Origin: Promethearchaeota archaeon
GTDB taxonomy: Archaea; Asgardarchaeota; Heimdallarchaeia; Hodarchaeales; Hodarchaeaceae
DNA: 64,000 bases
Direction: 5' to 3'
NCBI GenBank assembly: GCA_048938105.1
Contig: JBHLMN010000017.1
Span: 1-64,000 of the forward strand
Shown here: piece by piece, positions 39,259 through 48,827 of the stretch
Layout of the letters: each line of letters begins with the position of its first letter
Position numbering within the stretch: position 1 is the stretch's first letter
Translations under genes and position numbers: made by a program
The notes under the pieces: generated by a model
Seen by the model: the letters and a program-made list of their open reading frames with translations, nothing else
What the model was told of the DNA's origin: nothing
Databases searched by the model: none

Positions 39259-40039
39259 GGAGTTGATAATGACACTAGAGAAGTTTAAAACAATTAAGGC
39301 TTTCTTTATCTTCGAAAAAGAGACGGGGAATACACTATTTACCCGCTCATATGAAAAAAAAGATACAACAACTCCTGATGCCCATCTTGTAGTGGCTTTT
39401 TTAACAGCGATGTTCTCCTTCGCAAAATCGTCGTCATTAAGTGAGCTTCGAGTTGTAGATATGACTGATCTCCGTTTCTCGTTCATCGAAAGAGGGGATT
39501 TAGTGTTCGCTATCTTAGCTTCACCACTTGTGAGTCCTTTGGACTTACAGTTCAAATTAACTACTATTGCGAGTTTATTTTTGGCAGAATATGGGTCTCA
39601 ATTAGAAGAAATACAACTTGTTGATACAGAGCTATTTGAAGCATTCAAAAATCATGTAGATGAAGTTTTCTTAGGTGAAACTCGCGAGATGTTAACCAGT
39701 TCAAAGAATGCTGCATTATTTTATCTTAAAAAATTAGTACAACAAAAAAGCATTGGCGCCCGAGGAGCAATGATTGTTTCTTTCACTGGTGACATTTTAC
39801 TTGAATATAAAATGGATCAAACACGAATGGAAGGAGCGATTCGCATGTTGAATGTTTCAACATATATGAGGAATTTACGTTACTTAGTCGTTTCTTCAGA
39901 AGCAACTAATCTGGTTGCATACAAAATTAGCGAAGGATTATTGCTGTATGTTGATGGAGATCCTACCTCTGGATTAGAAAACCTCGTTGTTAAAGTCTCT
40001 GAAACAGTCAGAAAAGTGAAAGAGATCATTCCTCATTAG
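39233..40039 (+). CDS. Longin-like + roadblock-like two-domain protein (start probably ATG 39269)
   Basis: FFIFEKETGNTLFTR..LVVAFLTAMFSF..LTTIASLFLAEY (longin); ARGAMIVSFTGDIL (roadblock/MglB-like). Confidence 0.75.
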   Translation: MLLQRNFYEELIMTLEKFKTIKAFFIFEKETGNTLFTRSYEKKDTTTPDAHLVVAFLTAMFSFAKSSSLSELRVVDMTDLRFSFIERGDLVFAILASPLVSPLDLQFKLTTIASLFLAEYGSQLEEIQLVDTELFEAFKNHVDEVFLGETREMLTSSKNAALFYLKKLVQQKSIGARGAMIVSFTGDILLEYKMDQTRMEGAIRMLNVSTYMRNLRYLVVSSEATNLVAYKISEGLLLYVDGDPTSGLENLVVKVSETVRKVKEIIPH

Positions 40040-40086
40040 ACTCTTAGATTATCAAATCAAATCTACCAAAAAGAGGGTCAAAAACA

Positions 40087-40551
40087 TTGATTATGTTTTT
40101 GCATGCACGAAAAGAAGATCTCCTCTACATTGAATCAATTATAAATGAAGCTTACAAGCCTATAGCTGAAACCTTATCCCGCCCACCTGGAGTATTAGAT
40201 AATACAGCTCAAAAGCTAAATTACACTCTCGAAAATGATAGATTATATGCAATATATGAAAAACAAGACCTAATTGGAACTTTTTCTTTAGCTCTAACAG
40301 ACAAGAAAACAGTAAAGTTGTTTCACTTTGCTATTAAACCTCAATTTCAAAACAAAGGCTTCGGAAGTTGGGTTGTTAAAGAGGTTATAAAATTGATTCA
40401 ACAAGACATACCTACAGCAATAGGAATCGAACTAGAAATCTATTCAAAAACCCCAAGTCTTCTTCGATTCTATAAAAGATTCGGACTCACACGAATTGGA
40501 GAAAAACATATTAGAGGAGAAAAAATCATAATCCTTGGGAAAAATTTCTAG
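40087..40551 (+). CDS. GNAT acetyltransferase
   Basis: FAIKPQFQNKGFGS, LRFYKRFG. Confidence 0.85.
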   Translation: MIMFLHARKEDLLYIESIINEAYKPIAETLSRPPGVLDNTAQKLNYTLENDRLYAIYEKQDLIGTFSLALTDKKTVKLFHFAIKPQFQNKGFGSWVVKEVIKLIQQDIPTAIGIELEIYSKTPSLLRFYKRFGLTRIGEKHIRGEKIIILGKNF

Positions 40552-40692
40552 TTTATACATGATAATTTCTCGTACAGGAAGAGTAGAATTCTAAAATGAA
40601 CATCTTATCTTTTTTGTCATCAAATGTACTCTATTTAATGATGATAATTATTATCTATTAGATGCAATAAAAATGACCATAAGTGAAATAAA

Positions 40693-41775
40693 ATGAACAG
40701 AACTAAATTAGAAAGCATCAAGTTCCTTCAAAAAGAACTCTCTGAACTCATCGGAGTTAGTGGTCATGAAAAACCAGTTATAGAATTTATCCAAAGCCAA
40801 ATCGAAGGATTAGCGGATAAAATATGGATTGATCCTCTTGGATCCCTCTTAGCAATTAAAGAGGGAAATGAAGGTAAAGAAAGAATCATGATTGACGCTC
40901 ATGCTGACGAAATTGGTTTCATGGTCAGCTATATTGAACCTAGAGGAGGTTTTTTGCGTTTTGTACCCATAGGAGGTTGGGATACGCGGATTCTTTTAGG
41001 ACAAGCAGTCAAAATTCTTACAAATGATGGAAACATATATCATGGTATTATTGGTTCAAAACCAATTCACTTAACAACAGAAAGTGAACGGAAAAGCGCA
41101 GTTAAGACAAATGACATGTATATTGATACAGGTATGTCTACTAAGGAGGAAGTAAAGTCCTGTGGAATTCATATAGGCACTATTGGTACCCTTTACGATC
41201 CTTTTGTTGAATTTCCAAATAATATGGTAAGAGGTAAAGCTTTTGATGACAGAACTGGAGTTAATGTTTTAATTCACATTATACGGGAATTCGCAGAAAC
41301 AACACCTTCAGATACCGTACTATTCAGTTTTTCTATGGGTGAGGAGATAGGAGGAAGAGGAGCAGGACCAGCAGCTTTCTCCTTGGATCCCACTATGGCT
41401 TTAGCCATCGAAAACACCACGGCAGCAGATGTTCCTGGAATTAAAAAATCGGAATGCCCTGCGTATATTGGAAAAGGACCAGCAATTTCAGTTGCTGATA
41501 GGAGCTTGATTGCACATCCCTTCGTTAATCAGAGACTGATAGAAAATGCTAAGCATGAGAACATTCCATACCATATAAAAAAGCCACTTTTTGGTGGTAC
41601 AAACGCTGGAAGGATCCATCAGATAAGGAGTGGAATACCCTCTTCAGTGGTGTCGGTTCCATGTCGATATATACACTCACCAACATCTCTATTATCTTTA
41701 GAAGATATTTTTCATACTATTCGGCTTATATCAGCATTTATTCGCAATCCCGCAAATGTTCTCAGCAGCCCTTGA
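40693..41775 (+). CDS. M42 (TET/Frv) aminopeptidase
   Basis: GVSGHE, AHADEIG, GKAFDDR, EEIG.RGA, CRYIHSP. Confidence 0.93.
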   Translation: MNRTKLESIKFLQKELSELIGVSGHEKPVIEFIQSQIEGLADKIWIDPLGSLLAIKEGNEGKERIMIDAHADEIGFMVSYIEPRGGFLRFVPIGGWDTRILLGQAVKILTNDGNIYHGIIGSKPIHLTTESERKSAVKTNDMYIDTGMSTKEEVKSCGIHIGTIGTLYDPFVEFPNNMVRGKAFDDRTGVNVLIHIIREFAETTPSDTVLFSFSMGEEIGGRGAGPAAFSLDPTMALAIENTTAADVPGIKKSECPAYIGKGPAISVADRSLIAHPFVNQRLIENAKHENIPYHIKKPLFGGTNAGRIHQIRSGIPSSVVSVPCRYIHSPTSLLSLEDIFHTIRLISAFIRNPANVLSSP

Positions 41776-41881
41776 ACATTTATTTGTATTGACTAAATAA
41801 AGAAATGAAGCAATTGGCTTAGGGTAAAGATATATATGTTGGACTGTAGTATGGAGACTAGATTCACATATTCGTGATATC

Positions 41882-44275
41882 GTGAGCAGTATGTCTGAAG
41901 ATGCTGTGTTGAATGATCTTAAAGGCCTTAAATCAAAGGACAACGACATTAAATGGACTTCGATTAATAATCTGAAAAAATACTTACAGGCAAACCCAAA
42001 TCCCACGGATTTTCGTTTCCGAATGATTGTTAAATCATTGTTACCTTTCATTAAAGCTCCCCAAGATAATATCCGAGAGAATGCATTTGGGGCATTATTA
42101 GAAGCTATTAAAGATACTAAAAACGTCGGACCCTTGGTTAATTCGGCTCTTTCGGATTCTAGTCCTGGAATTCGCTCATTGGCTCTCGAATGGCTTAGTG
42201 ACAAGAATCATCCTCAACTTAAAGCTCATGTAATCAAAGCTTTGAGTGATCCAGCAGAAGTAGTTCGAAAAACTGCAATGGATATTGTGGTAACACATCA
42301 AATAGAGGGGGTGGAGACACAGCTGTTAAGATTATTGGAATCGGAATCAGGTGGCCTTCGGAGAGCAATAATATATGCCCTTGGAAAGTTAAAAACACCT
42401 AGAGCAATTGGTACTCTCATTGAGATTATGCGGAATCCTGATTATGATGATTGGACTAGAAATCAGGCAGGATCTGCATTAGAACACATGGGAGGACGAG
42501 AACTGATTGGTCCCTTTATTGAAAATCTTATTGACACTAATGACTATGTTAGAGAGTCTGCAGCTGCTTTTTTAAGTAAAAATGAACAAGAAATCGTACC
42601 AGTGGTTATGTCAACTGGTAGAGTTGACTTGATAGCTTTTCTACAACATGCCACAGATACTACAAAACAGAATTTTGATTCTGCAATTTCCACTCTTACA
42701 ACACAAATGGCTTTTGCAATTCAGGACCTTAAAACTCGACTATTGGCGAAAGATAAATTAGATTTATCAGAATTAGCAGTTGAATTACAATCAAACATAA
42801 TCGCCATTAAGGTTTTAGCCGAAAAAATATTAGCTTTAAGACTTATTCCTCTCTCGAACAATACATTTCTTACTGAAACAGGTTTAAAGAGATTATTAAC
42901 GGCAGAATTAGAAGAGAAAAGATCTATCTATATTCCAACACTTAGACATGAGGATCCATTCAATCAATTAGCTCCTGAAATATTAGAAGAAGTAATTTCT
43001 ACAATCTCGAATAGCTATAAAATTAACCCAGAATTTTTCTTAACAAATGAGGTTTTTACTAAGTTTTCCTCTGAATTTCAGAATACTGGTATTCTCAATC
43101 TTGTTAATATTACTAATGAGATAAATCAACTAAACGAACTAGTCAAAAAAGAATTGATACCTGCTCTGAATCCCTCAAATGTAGGGTGGTATAACTCTCA
43201 CAATGAGTACATATCGAAAAAATTCCTACAATCTCAAATAGAGCAACAAATAAATCGTGATTCCATTATTTCGCTTGATAACTTTTTGACTCAAATTGGA
43301 TCTCCAAAAATTGAGTTTACGATTTTAAAAGCAATTATTGATGATCAGTTTCAAGGAAGATGGCTAGAAGATATCAAGGTCTTTTTGGAAAAGATGGAAT
43401 TCCAAAAACTTAAGGATGATTCAGCAGGTATTGATGAATCACGGGTTGGCCATCTTCTCCAACGGATTTCCATGGATTTTCCAAGGTTTCTCCAGTCTTT
43501 ACAAAAGATTCTAGATATAAAGACTTATAAAACAAGAGATGGACAACTCATTACTCTTGAGAATCTTCATCCTCAACTCCAACAAAAAATCATTGGAAAA
43601 GGTTATCTTTCCATTCCTGAGTTTATAAAAGAAGTAAAATTAGATAAAATGGTAAATTTAATCAAACCAGTCATCTTAAATTATATTACTCAAGAATTTA
43701 GTGGGAGTACTACCCCTGATAGTAATTATTTTTTCACCGAAGACCTGATTGCTGATGTTAGTAATGAAATTAAGGCTAAAACACGAATTAATTTTGGTGT
43801 TCTAGCATTCAAAATGGATTTGGCAAAAGATCTTCTTATGCTATTAGTAACACAAATCTTATTTGTTAGGGGATTCACAAATACGATAGGAGAATTTGTA
43901 ACTGAAAGGGGCATTAATCAAGAAATTCAAGGAATCCTAGAATATCGAGAAGAATTTACACTTCAAGAACTCTTGGAAATTCTTGAAATTGTTAAAGACA
44001 AGAAAAATGAACTGATAGTTCGAGATTTAATATCTGATGATAATAATCTATTAATTTCAAATGATAGTAAAGTTGTGATGACCCAGAAGAGGGCTCTTAA
44101 TAAAGTTATTGACTATATAAAACAACCAATTCAGCAAACAAAAGAAATAATTACTTGGGAAGAGATCAGTCGTGAAACAAATATTTCTAACATCGACCTG
44201 AGAGCCATACTAGACTCTTTAATTCAGAATAATTTATTGCCAGGAACTTTAACTGAAAAAGGTTATCACCTTTAG
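41882..44275 (+). CDS. HEAT-repeat protein with C-terminal tandem winged-helix/PCI-like repeats
   Basis: HEAT: ALSDSSPGIR, ALSDPAEVVR, LIDTNDYVR; later repeats such as FLTE..L...L....I.I; final WEEISRETNIS...LIQNNLLPGTL. Confidence 0.75.
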   Translation: MSSMSEDAVLNDLKGLKSKDNDIKWTSINNLKKYLQANPNPTDFRFRMIVKSLLPFIKAPQDNIRENAFGALLEAIKDTKNVGPLVNSALSDSSPGIRSLALEWLSDKNHPQLKAHVIKALSDPAEVVRKTAMDIVVTHQIEGVETQLLRLLESESGGLRRAIIYALGKLKTPRAIGTLIEIMRNPDYDDWTRNQAGSALEHMGGRELIGPFIENLIDTNDYVRESAAAFLSKNEQEIVPVVMSTGRVDLIAFLQHATDTTKQNFDSAISTLTTQMAFAIQDLKTRLLAKDKLDLSELAVELQSNIIAIKVLAEKILALRLIPLSNNTFLTETGLKRLLTAELEEKRSIYIPTLRHEDPFNQLAPEILEEVISTISNSYKINPEFFLTNEVFTKFSSEFQNTGILNLVNITNEINQLNELVKKELIPALNPSNVGWYNSHNEYISKKFLQSQIEQQINRDSIISLDNFLTQIGSPKIEFTILKAIIDDQFQGRWLEDIKVFLEKMEFQKLKDDSAGIDESRVGHLLQRISMDFPRFLQSLQKILDIKTYKTRDGQLITLENLHPQLQQKIIGKGYLSIPEFIKEVKLDKMVNLIKPVILNYITQEFSGSTTPDSNYFFTEDLIADVSNEIKAKTRINFGVLAFKMDLAKDLLMLLVTQILFVRGFTNTIGEFVTERGINQEIQGILEYREEFTLQELLEILEIVKDKKNELIVRDLISDDNNLLISNDSKVVMTQKRALNKVIDYIKQPIQQTKEIITWEEISRETNISNIDLRAILDSLIQNNLLPGTLTEKGYHL

Positions 44276-44283
44276 ATTCTGAA

Positions 44284-45015
44284 TTGACTCAGGATACGAG
44301 AAATATGACACAGCCTTTACAAATTATAGTGGATCATCGAGAGCCAGAAGAACTCAAAAAGAGACTTATTAAACTTGGTATGGAGGTTGAGGAGCAGCAA
44401 TTAGACATTGCGGATTATGTAGTATCAGACCAAGTGGCTTGTGAACGAAAGACTGGGATAGACTTGATCACATCTTTAATGGATAATCGTCTTTTTGAGC
44501 AAATAGATCGCTTAATAGAAACCTATGATCAACCATTGTTGCTTTTAGAAGATTTACCCTCTGCTTTTGAAAGAATTGAATGGAAAAAAAGAAAAAAACA
44601 CGTTTATGGGGCTTTAACATACATATTCTTACGTAGACAATTACCAGTGATACCAACATCACAAATGAGTGAGACTGCTATTGCTCTAAACAGGATTGCA
44701 TCATGGGTTCAAGAAGAGCATGATGATCCGATAATAGCACGAAAATCTCCAAAAGCACGAGCTTTGCATGACAATCAACTATTTTTTCTACAAGGACTCC
44801 ATAATACAGGCCAAAAAAAAGCAAAAATCTTACTTGATGCGTTTGAATCACCAATAGAAGTCTTAAATGCACTTCTCGATTCAAAAGTAATTTATACAAA
44901 AACAGGGAATCCTAAAGGAGTTGAAGGGGCATTTAGAAATCTTGAGGGATTCGGACCAAAATATCTTTTGAAGAATCAAAAGCTTTTACGATTATCTGAA
45001 AAAAATTCTTCGTAG
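44284..45015 (+). CDS. xpf: ERCC4/XPF structure-specific nuclease (short, helicase-less form)
   Basis: IIVDHRE, ADYVVS, ERKT..DL..S..DNRLFEQ, HhH motifs LHNTGQKKA and LEGFGPK. Confidence 0.9.
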   Translation: MTQDTRNMTQPLQIIVDHREPEELKKRLIKLGMEVEEQQLDIADYVVSDQVACERKTGIDLITSLMDNRLFEQIDRLIETYDQPLLLLEDLPSAFERIEWKKRKKHVYGALTYIFLRRQLPVIPTSQMSETAIALNRIASWVQEEHDDPIIARKSPKARALHDNQLFFLQGLHNTGQKKAKILLDAFESPIEVLNALLDSKVIYTKTGNPKGVEGAFRNLEGFGPKYLLKNQKLLRLSEKNSS

Positions 45016-45088
45016 AAGAAATTCTCTCATTTTCAGTCATTTTTACTTCAGAGATGGATGCTAATCTCGAGAAAAAATACCCCCTAAT

Positions 45089-45307
45089 CTATTGCCATAG
45101 ACTTGGATCAATTAAATCGTTTAAAATGCAACCAGGCGAAGATATACTTCTGCAAAATGATAACCAAGGACAATTTATTTCACAATACGGATGAGGGGTA
45201 GAATTTAACTTTTCTTTAACTCTCTGTAGTTCCTCAAGTAATAAACTTCTCGTAGAGAGCCTACTTGATATGTTTCTTTGATAAAGGGAAAAAGTTTCGG
45301 AACCCAT
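45089..45307 (-). CDS. Small hypothetical Cys-containing protein
   Basis: 72-aa ORF filling the gap downstream of panB; C..CPW..C...C. Confidence 0.4.
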   Translation of the reverse strand: MGSETFSLYQRNISSRLSTRSLLLEELQRVKEKLNSTPHPYCEINCPWLSFCRSISSPGCILNDLIDPSLWQ

Positions 45308-45417
45308 ACACTTTCATTTCATTAACAGACCGTTAACTCCTTATAAAAGCTTCTATTATCTTTATAAGTAAAACAGGAGAGGGAGGTCACCGAAAATGAC
45401 GAAAATGAAGGAATTTG

Positions 45418-46215
45418 TTAATCATAGCTATAGCTAAGGTCTGGGAATTTTCCTTCTCGTACTTCTTGATTGTATTCTTTAACTGCTCTTAAAATCTGTT
45501 CTTTCAGGTTTAAATATCTTTTAACGAATTTTGCTTTGAAATCGAAATAGCCAAGCATGTCATAGGTTACTAACACTTGTCCATCACAATAAGGCCCTGC
45601 TCCGATTCCAATAGTGGGGATAGAAATGGATTCAGTTATTTTTTTTGCGACTTTCCAGGGAATAGCTTCTAATACAAGAGAAAAAATCCCTGCTTCTTCG
45701 AGTTTCTTTGATTCTTCGATAAGTAACTTTGCTGCCTCTTCAGTACGGCCTTGTACTTTAAAACCTCCAAATTTATGAATAGATTGTGGAGTAAGTCCTA
45801 AATGACCCATAACAGGGATTCCTGCGTCCAATATTCCCCGTATTGCATCACACCGTTCACTTCCCCCTTCTAGCTTTATAGCTTCTGCTTTACCTATTTT
45901 AATCAATTTGACTGAATTCCGAACAGCTTCCTCTGCAGAAACTTGAAAAGTTCCGAAAGGTAGGTCACCAATTACCATGGCTTGCTTTGTACCTCTTGCA
46001 ACAGCTTGAGTATGACGAATTGAATCTTCTAGAGTAACAGTCAACGTAGTCGGATTACCATGAACCACCATACCCATAGTATCCCCAACAAGTAATAAAT
46101 CGGTTCCAGCTTCATCCATAATCGAAGCCATTACGAAATCATATGCTGTAAGCATCGTTATTTTTTCTCCCGTTTTTTTCATCTCTAATATATCCAAAAT
46201 TGTTTTCTTCTTCAT
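45418..46215 (-). CDS. panB: 3-methyl-2-oxobutanoate hydroxymethyltransferase
   Basis: MLTAYD, LVGDT.GM, KLEGG, GHLGLTPQ, IGIGAG..CDGQVLV. Confidence 0.97.
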   Translation of the reverse strand: MKKKTILDILEMKKTGEKITMLTAYDFVMASIMDEAGTDLLLVGDTMGMVVHGNPTTLTVTLEDSIRHTQAVARGTKQAMVIGDLPFGTFQVSAEEAVRNSVKLIKIGKAEAIKLEGGSERCDAIRGILDAGIPVMGHLGLTPQSIHKFGGFKVQGRTEEAAKLLIEESKKLEEAGIFSLVLEAIPWKVAKKITESISIPTIGIGAGPYCDGQVLVTYDMLGYFDFKAKFVKRYLNLKEQILRAVKEYNQEVREGKFPDLSYSYD

Positions 46216-46217
46216 AG

Positions 46218-47003
46218 TTATACCTCATATAATTTTTGATCACTAGCGAGTTCCTCGAGTCGGGAAGACATAAATTTCAGGGCTTCCTGTAATAGTGTTA
46301 CATTATTAACCTGCTTTTTTTCCTTCTTTAATTCTTGAATATTCATTTTACTAAATTTTTTGGCAAAATTAACCATTTCTATTATTGCTCTTGTAATGTT
46401 ATTAGTTATAGAAACTGAAGCTGCCAAAGAGGTTCGTGATAGTGGATTTAGATCAACAGCAACAACGTCTTTCCCCAGGTTTCTAAGTGCCATTGCACGA
46501 TCACCATCCTCTAATGGCACAAAAACACAATCAGAACATGCAATACCACGTGAATCGACAATCCTTCGTTGATGAGAAATCTCTGGTATAGAATCTAGGT
46601 ATTCTGGATCAACCCCATATACCTGTTGAGCCCCAGCTCTTGTTAAAATGTCTTTGATAGCAATTTCACGCTCTGGGCTTCTATAAAAGAGATTGATCTC
46701 TAATGGAGCGTTTAATATTTGGCTTAATTGAACGATTTCCTTTGAGCATAAGACTGCCACATTCCCATTAACAGATATAACAGGATGCTTCGCCATTAAT
46801 AACATGATAACAGCCAATTTTTCTTGTTTCAAAGCAAAAGATGGGGTGGCTTCCCCCAATATATAATCAAATGCCTCTCCACGCCCATGTGCAATCAATC
46901 CTGCTTCAGCGACAATTTTTTGATGCATTCCTTCAATCACCTTCTCACGGGTGATTAAAGATTCATATCGGGGATGATCTGGGGGAACTTCTGGTACCAA
47001 CAT
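46218..47003 (-). CDS. pps: Archaeal phosphopantothenate synthetase
   Basis: HPRYESL, GLIAHGRGEAFDY, ISVNGN, NLFYR, VPLEDGDR, DLNPLSRT. Confidence 0.95.
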   Translation of the reverse strand: MLVPEVPPDHPRYESLITREKVIEGMHQKIVAEAGLIAHGRGEAFDYILGEATPSFALKQEKLAVIMLLMAKHPVISVNGNVAVLCSKEIVQLSQILNAPLEINLFYRSPEREIAIKDILTRAGAQQVYGVDPEYLDSIPEISHQRRIVDSRGIACSDCVFVPLEDGDRAMALRNLGKDVVAVDLNPLSRTSLAASVSITNNITRAIIEMVNFAKKFSKMNIQELKKEKKQVNNVTLLQEALKFMSSRLEELASDQKLYEV

Positions 47004-47893
47004 TATTCACGTTTTTTCACAGTATTTGTGCAAATTGTTTCCTCAATTATTTGGGCGTTTGGAATGTCAATGTCCGCTAAAGCGGATCTATCACGATAAA
47101 AAATAAAAATTGACTCACCAAGCATTATTTGAGACCCAATCACCCCTTGTGGTAAATTTTTAATGTGTTCCCTTAATTGAGGTGTCAATAAATTAGCTTT
47201 CTCTGTAAAAGCTGTTGATAATTCAATGAAATTATGAAAATAAGGATGAGAAATCAATTCTGAAATTAACTCTCTTCCAGCATCATTCACTGCTTTCCTC
47301 TTTTGTGGATTAGAAAGAACTTCAGATGTGGAAAGAGTACCCAAATGAGCTGTTGCCACTTTCCATTCACCAGTACTTTTTAATGACATTGTTTGGCCAA
47401 TTCCAGGAGCTCCCTCTTTCAAACGAATTTCTAGCCCACCTTGGTAAAGCCCGATAACGTCTCCAAGACCTGTCTTTGTTAATACTTCAGCTTTATGTGC
47501 TACTTGAAACAATTCCAATTCTGGTAAATTTAACTCTAATAAATCATTTAAAGCGAAAGCTGTTCCCACCGCGCTTGCAGCAGAGGCACCATAACCAGAA
47601 GAAAGAGGTACCTCGAAATTATGAAAGATACTCAGATTGGATTGCCGTTTGTCTGGAAGTAGGATTTCAAGTACTCTAGAGGTCACCGCTGCTTCTAATT
47701 CAGTTTTTTTCATCCCATCGAAGAAGATTTCAACATTAGAACTCTTAGCTCGTCTAACAGTGGTTGTTACTCCTCTATTGATAGATAATCCTGCTCCCCG
47801 TGAACCTTGATATAAAAGATTGCTTGATTCATCGCTAATTTCAAAGATTCCAGTTAAGTGAGACGCAACCCAATAAGAGACATCATCGATCAC
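47003..47893 (-). CDS. pok: Pantoate kinase (GHMP family)
   Basis: HLTGIF, GSRGAG, PLSSGYGASAA, AHKAEV..TGLGDV, GAPG, MLGE. Confidence 0.92.
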   Translation of the reverse strand: MIDDVSYWVASHLTGIFEISDESSNLLYQGSRGAGLSINRGVTTTVRRAKSSNVEIFFDGMKKTELEAAVTSRVLEILLPDKRQSNLSIFHNFEVPLSSGYGASAASAVGTAFALNDLLELNLPELELFQVAHKAEVLTKTGLGDVIGLYQGGLEIRLKEGAPGIGQTMSLKSTGEWKVATAHLGTLSTSEVLSNPQKRKAVNDAGRELISELISHPYFHNFIELSTAFTEKANLLTPQLREHIKNLPQGVIGSQIMLGESIFIFYRDRSALADIDIPNAQIIEETICTNTVKKRE

Positions 47894-47906
47894 AAGAATT
47901 CCTTCA

Positions 47907-48827
47907 TTATTGTGGATATCTTTCTAGGTGGCGAATCAAATCAGCGATTGCAGCATTAACTGGAGCTTCCAAACCTAAGCGTTTACTTTCTTGGACAATA
48001 AAGCCATTAATATAATCAATCTCTGTTTTACGTCCTCTTACAATATCCTGAAGCATACTGCATCGGTTATCCTTAGTTTTTTCCATAACTTTGAGAATAA
48101 ACTCACGAGTCCGAGAAAAGTCTTCATTAGGCAAGTTATGAGCTGCTACCGCTAATCCTTCTTTTAAAATTGCATTAAAAATTCGATTAATTGAAGGTTT
48201 TTCCAGAATTTTGCCATTTGGTACTTGGAGGAGTGCCCCTAGGGGACAAATAGTTGCATTCGTCAATAATTTTTGCCACAGTTTTAGCTGAATTTGTTTA
48301 GTCTTTTTCGCATTGAATCCTGAACCTTGCATAATATTTTGAATTTTTGGTCCAAAACCATTTTCCTCGCCTGAAATAATACCAAATGATGTTTTACCAA
48401 ATGCAACATGCTTAATTATACCAGGATGGATCAGCTCAGCGGCTTCTGTTGTTATTGCTCGAAAAATGGGATTGCGGGGAAAATATTGGCGAAATACTTC
48501 CTCATTTCCCATTCCATTCTGTAGAACGAAAATTGAGGTCGTTTTAGGGATTTTTCCTACCATACTATTTGCTACAACCCCATTATCATATGCTTTTGTT
48601 GTTATGAAAACTGTATCAGGCGTTACTACTTCTGGTAGAAAATTTGTCCCAGCTGGAAAATGAGATAATAATTCTTCCTGGTTCTCTATAATACGGAGCC
48701 CCTTTTTGTTAATTTCAGCCACATGCGGATCTCGACCGATAACAGACACATCATATCCAAAATAGGCTATTCTGCCTGCAAAGAGAGAGCCAATGCTGCC
48801 AGCACCGAAAACAGTTATATTCATCAA
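47907..48827 (-). CDS. panE: 2-dehydropantoate 2-reductase
   Basis: GAGSIG, TKAYD, LQNG, WQKL..N, SMLQD..GRKTEID..NG. Confidence 0.95.
   Translation of the reverse strand: MMNITVFGAGSIGSLFAGRIAYFGYDVSVIGRDPHVAEINKKGLRIIENQEELLSHFPAGTNFLPEVVTPDTVFITTKAYDNGVVANSMVGKIPKTTSIFVLQNGMGNEEVFRQYFPRNPIFRAITTEAAELIHPGIIKHVAFGKTSFGIISGEENGFGPKIQNIMQGSGFNAKKTKQIQLKLWQKLLTNATICPLGALLQVPNGKILEKPSINRIFNAILKEGLAVAAHNLPNEDFSRTREFILKVMEKTKDNRCSMLQDIVRGRKTEIDYINGFIVQESKRLGLEAPVNAAIADLIRHLERYPQ

Noticed and set aside
41731-42204. 157-aa antisense ORF and the other short overlapping ORFs in the track
   Set aside because: Shadow ORFs opposite or inside well-supported genes, with no recognisable motifs
45370-45417. 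CCGA-AA-ATGACGA as a second C/D sRNA
   Set aside because: No convincing outer C and D boxes at the right spacing
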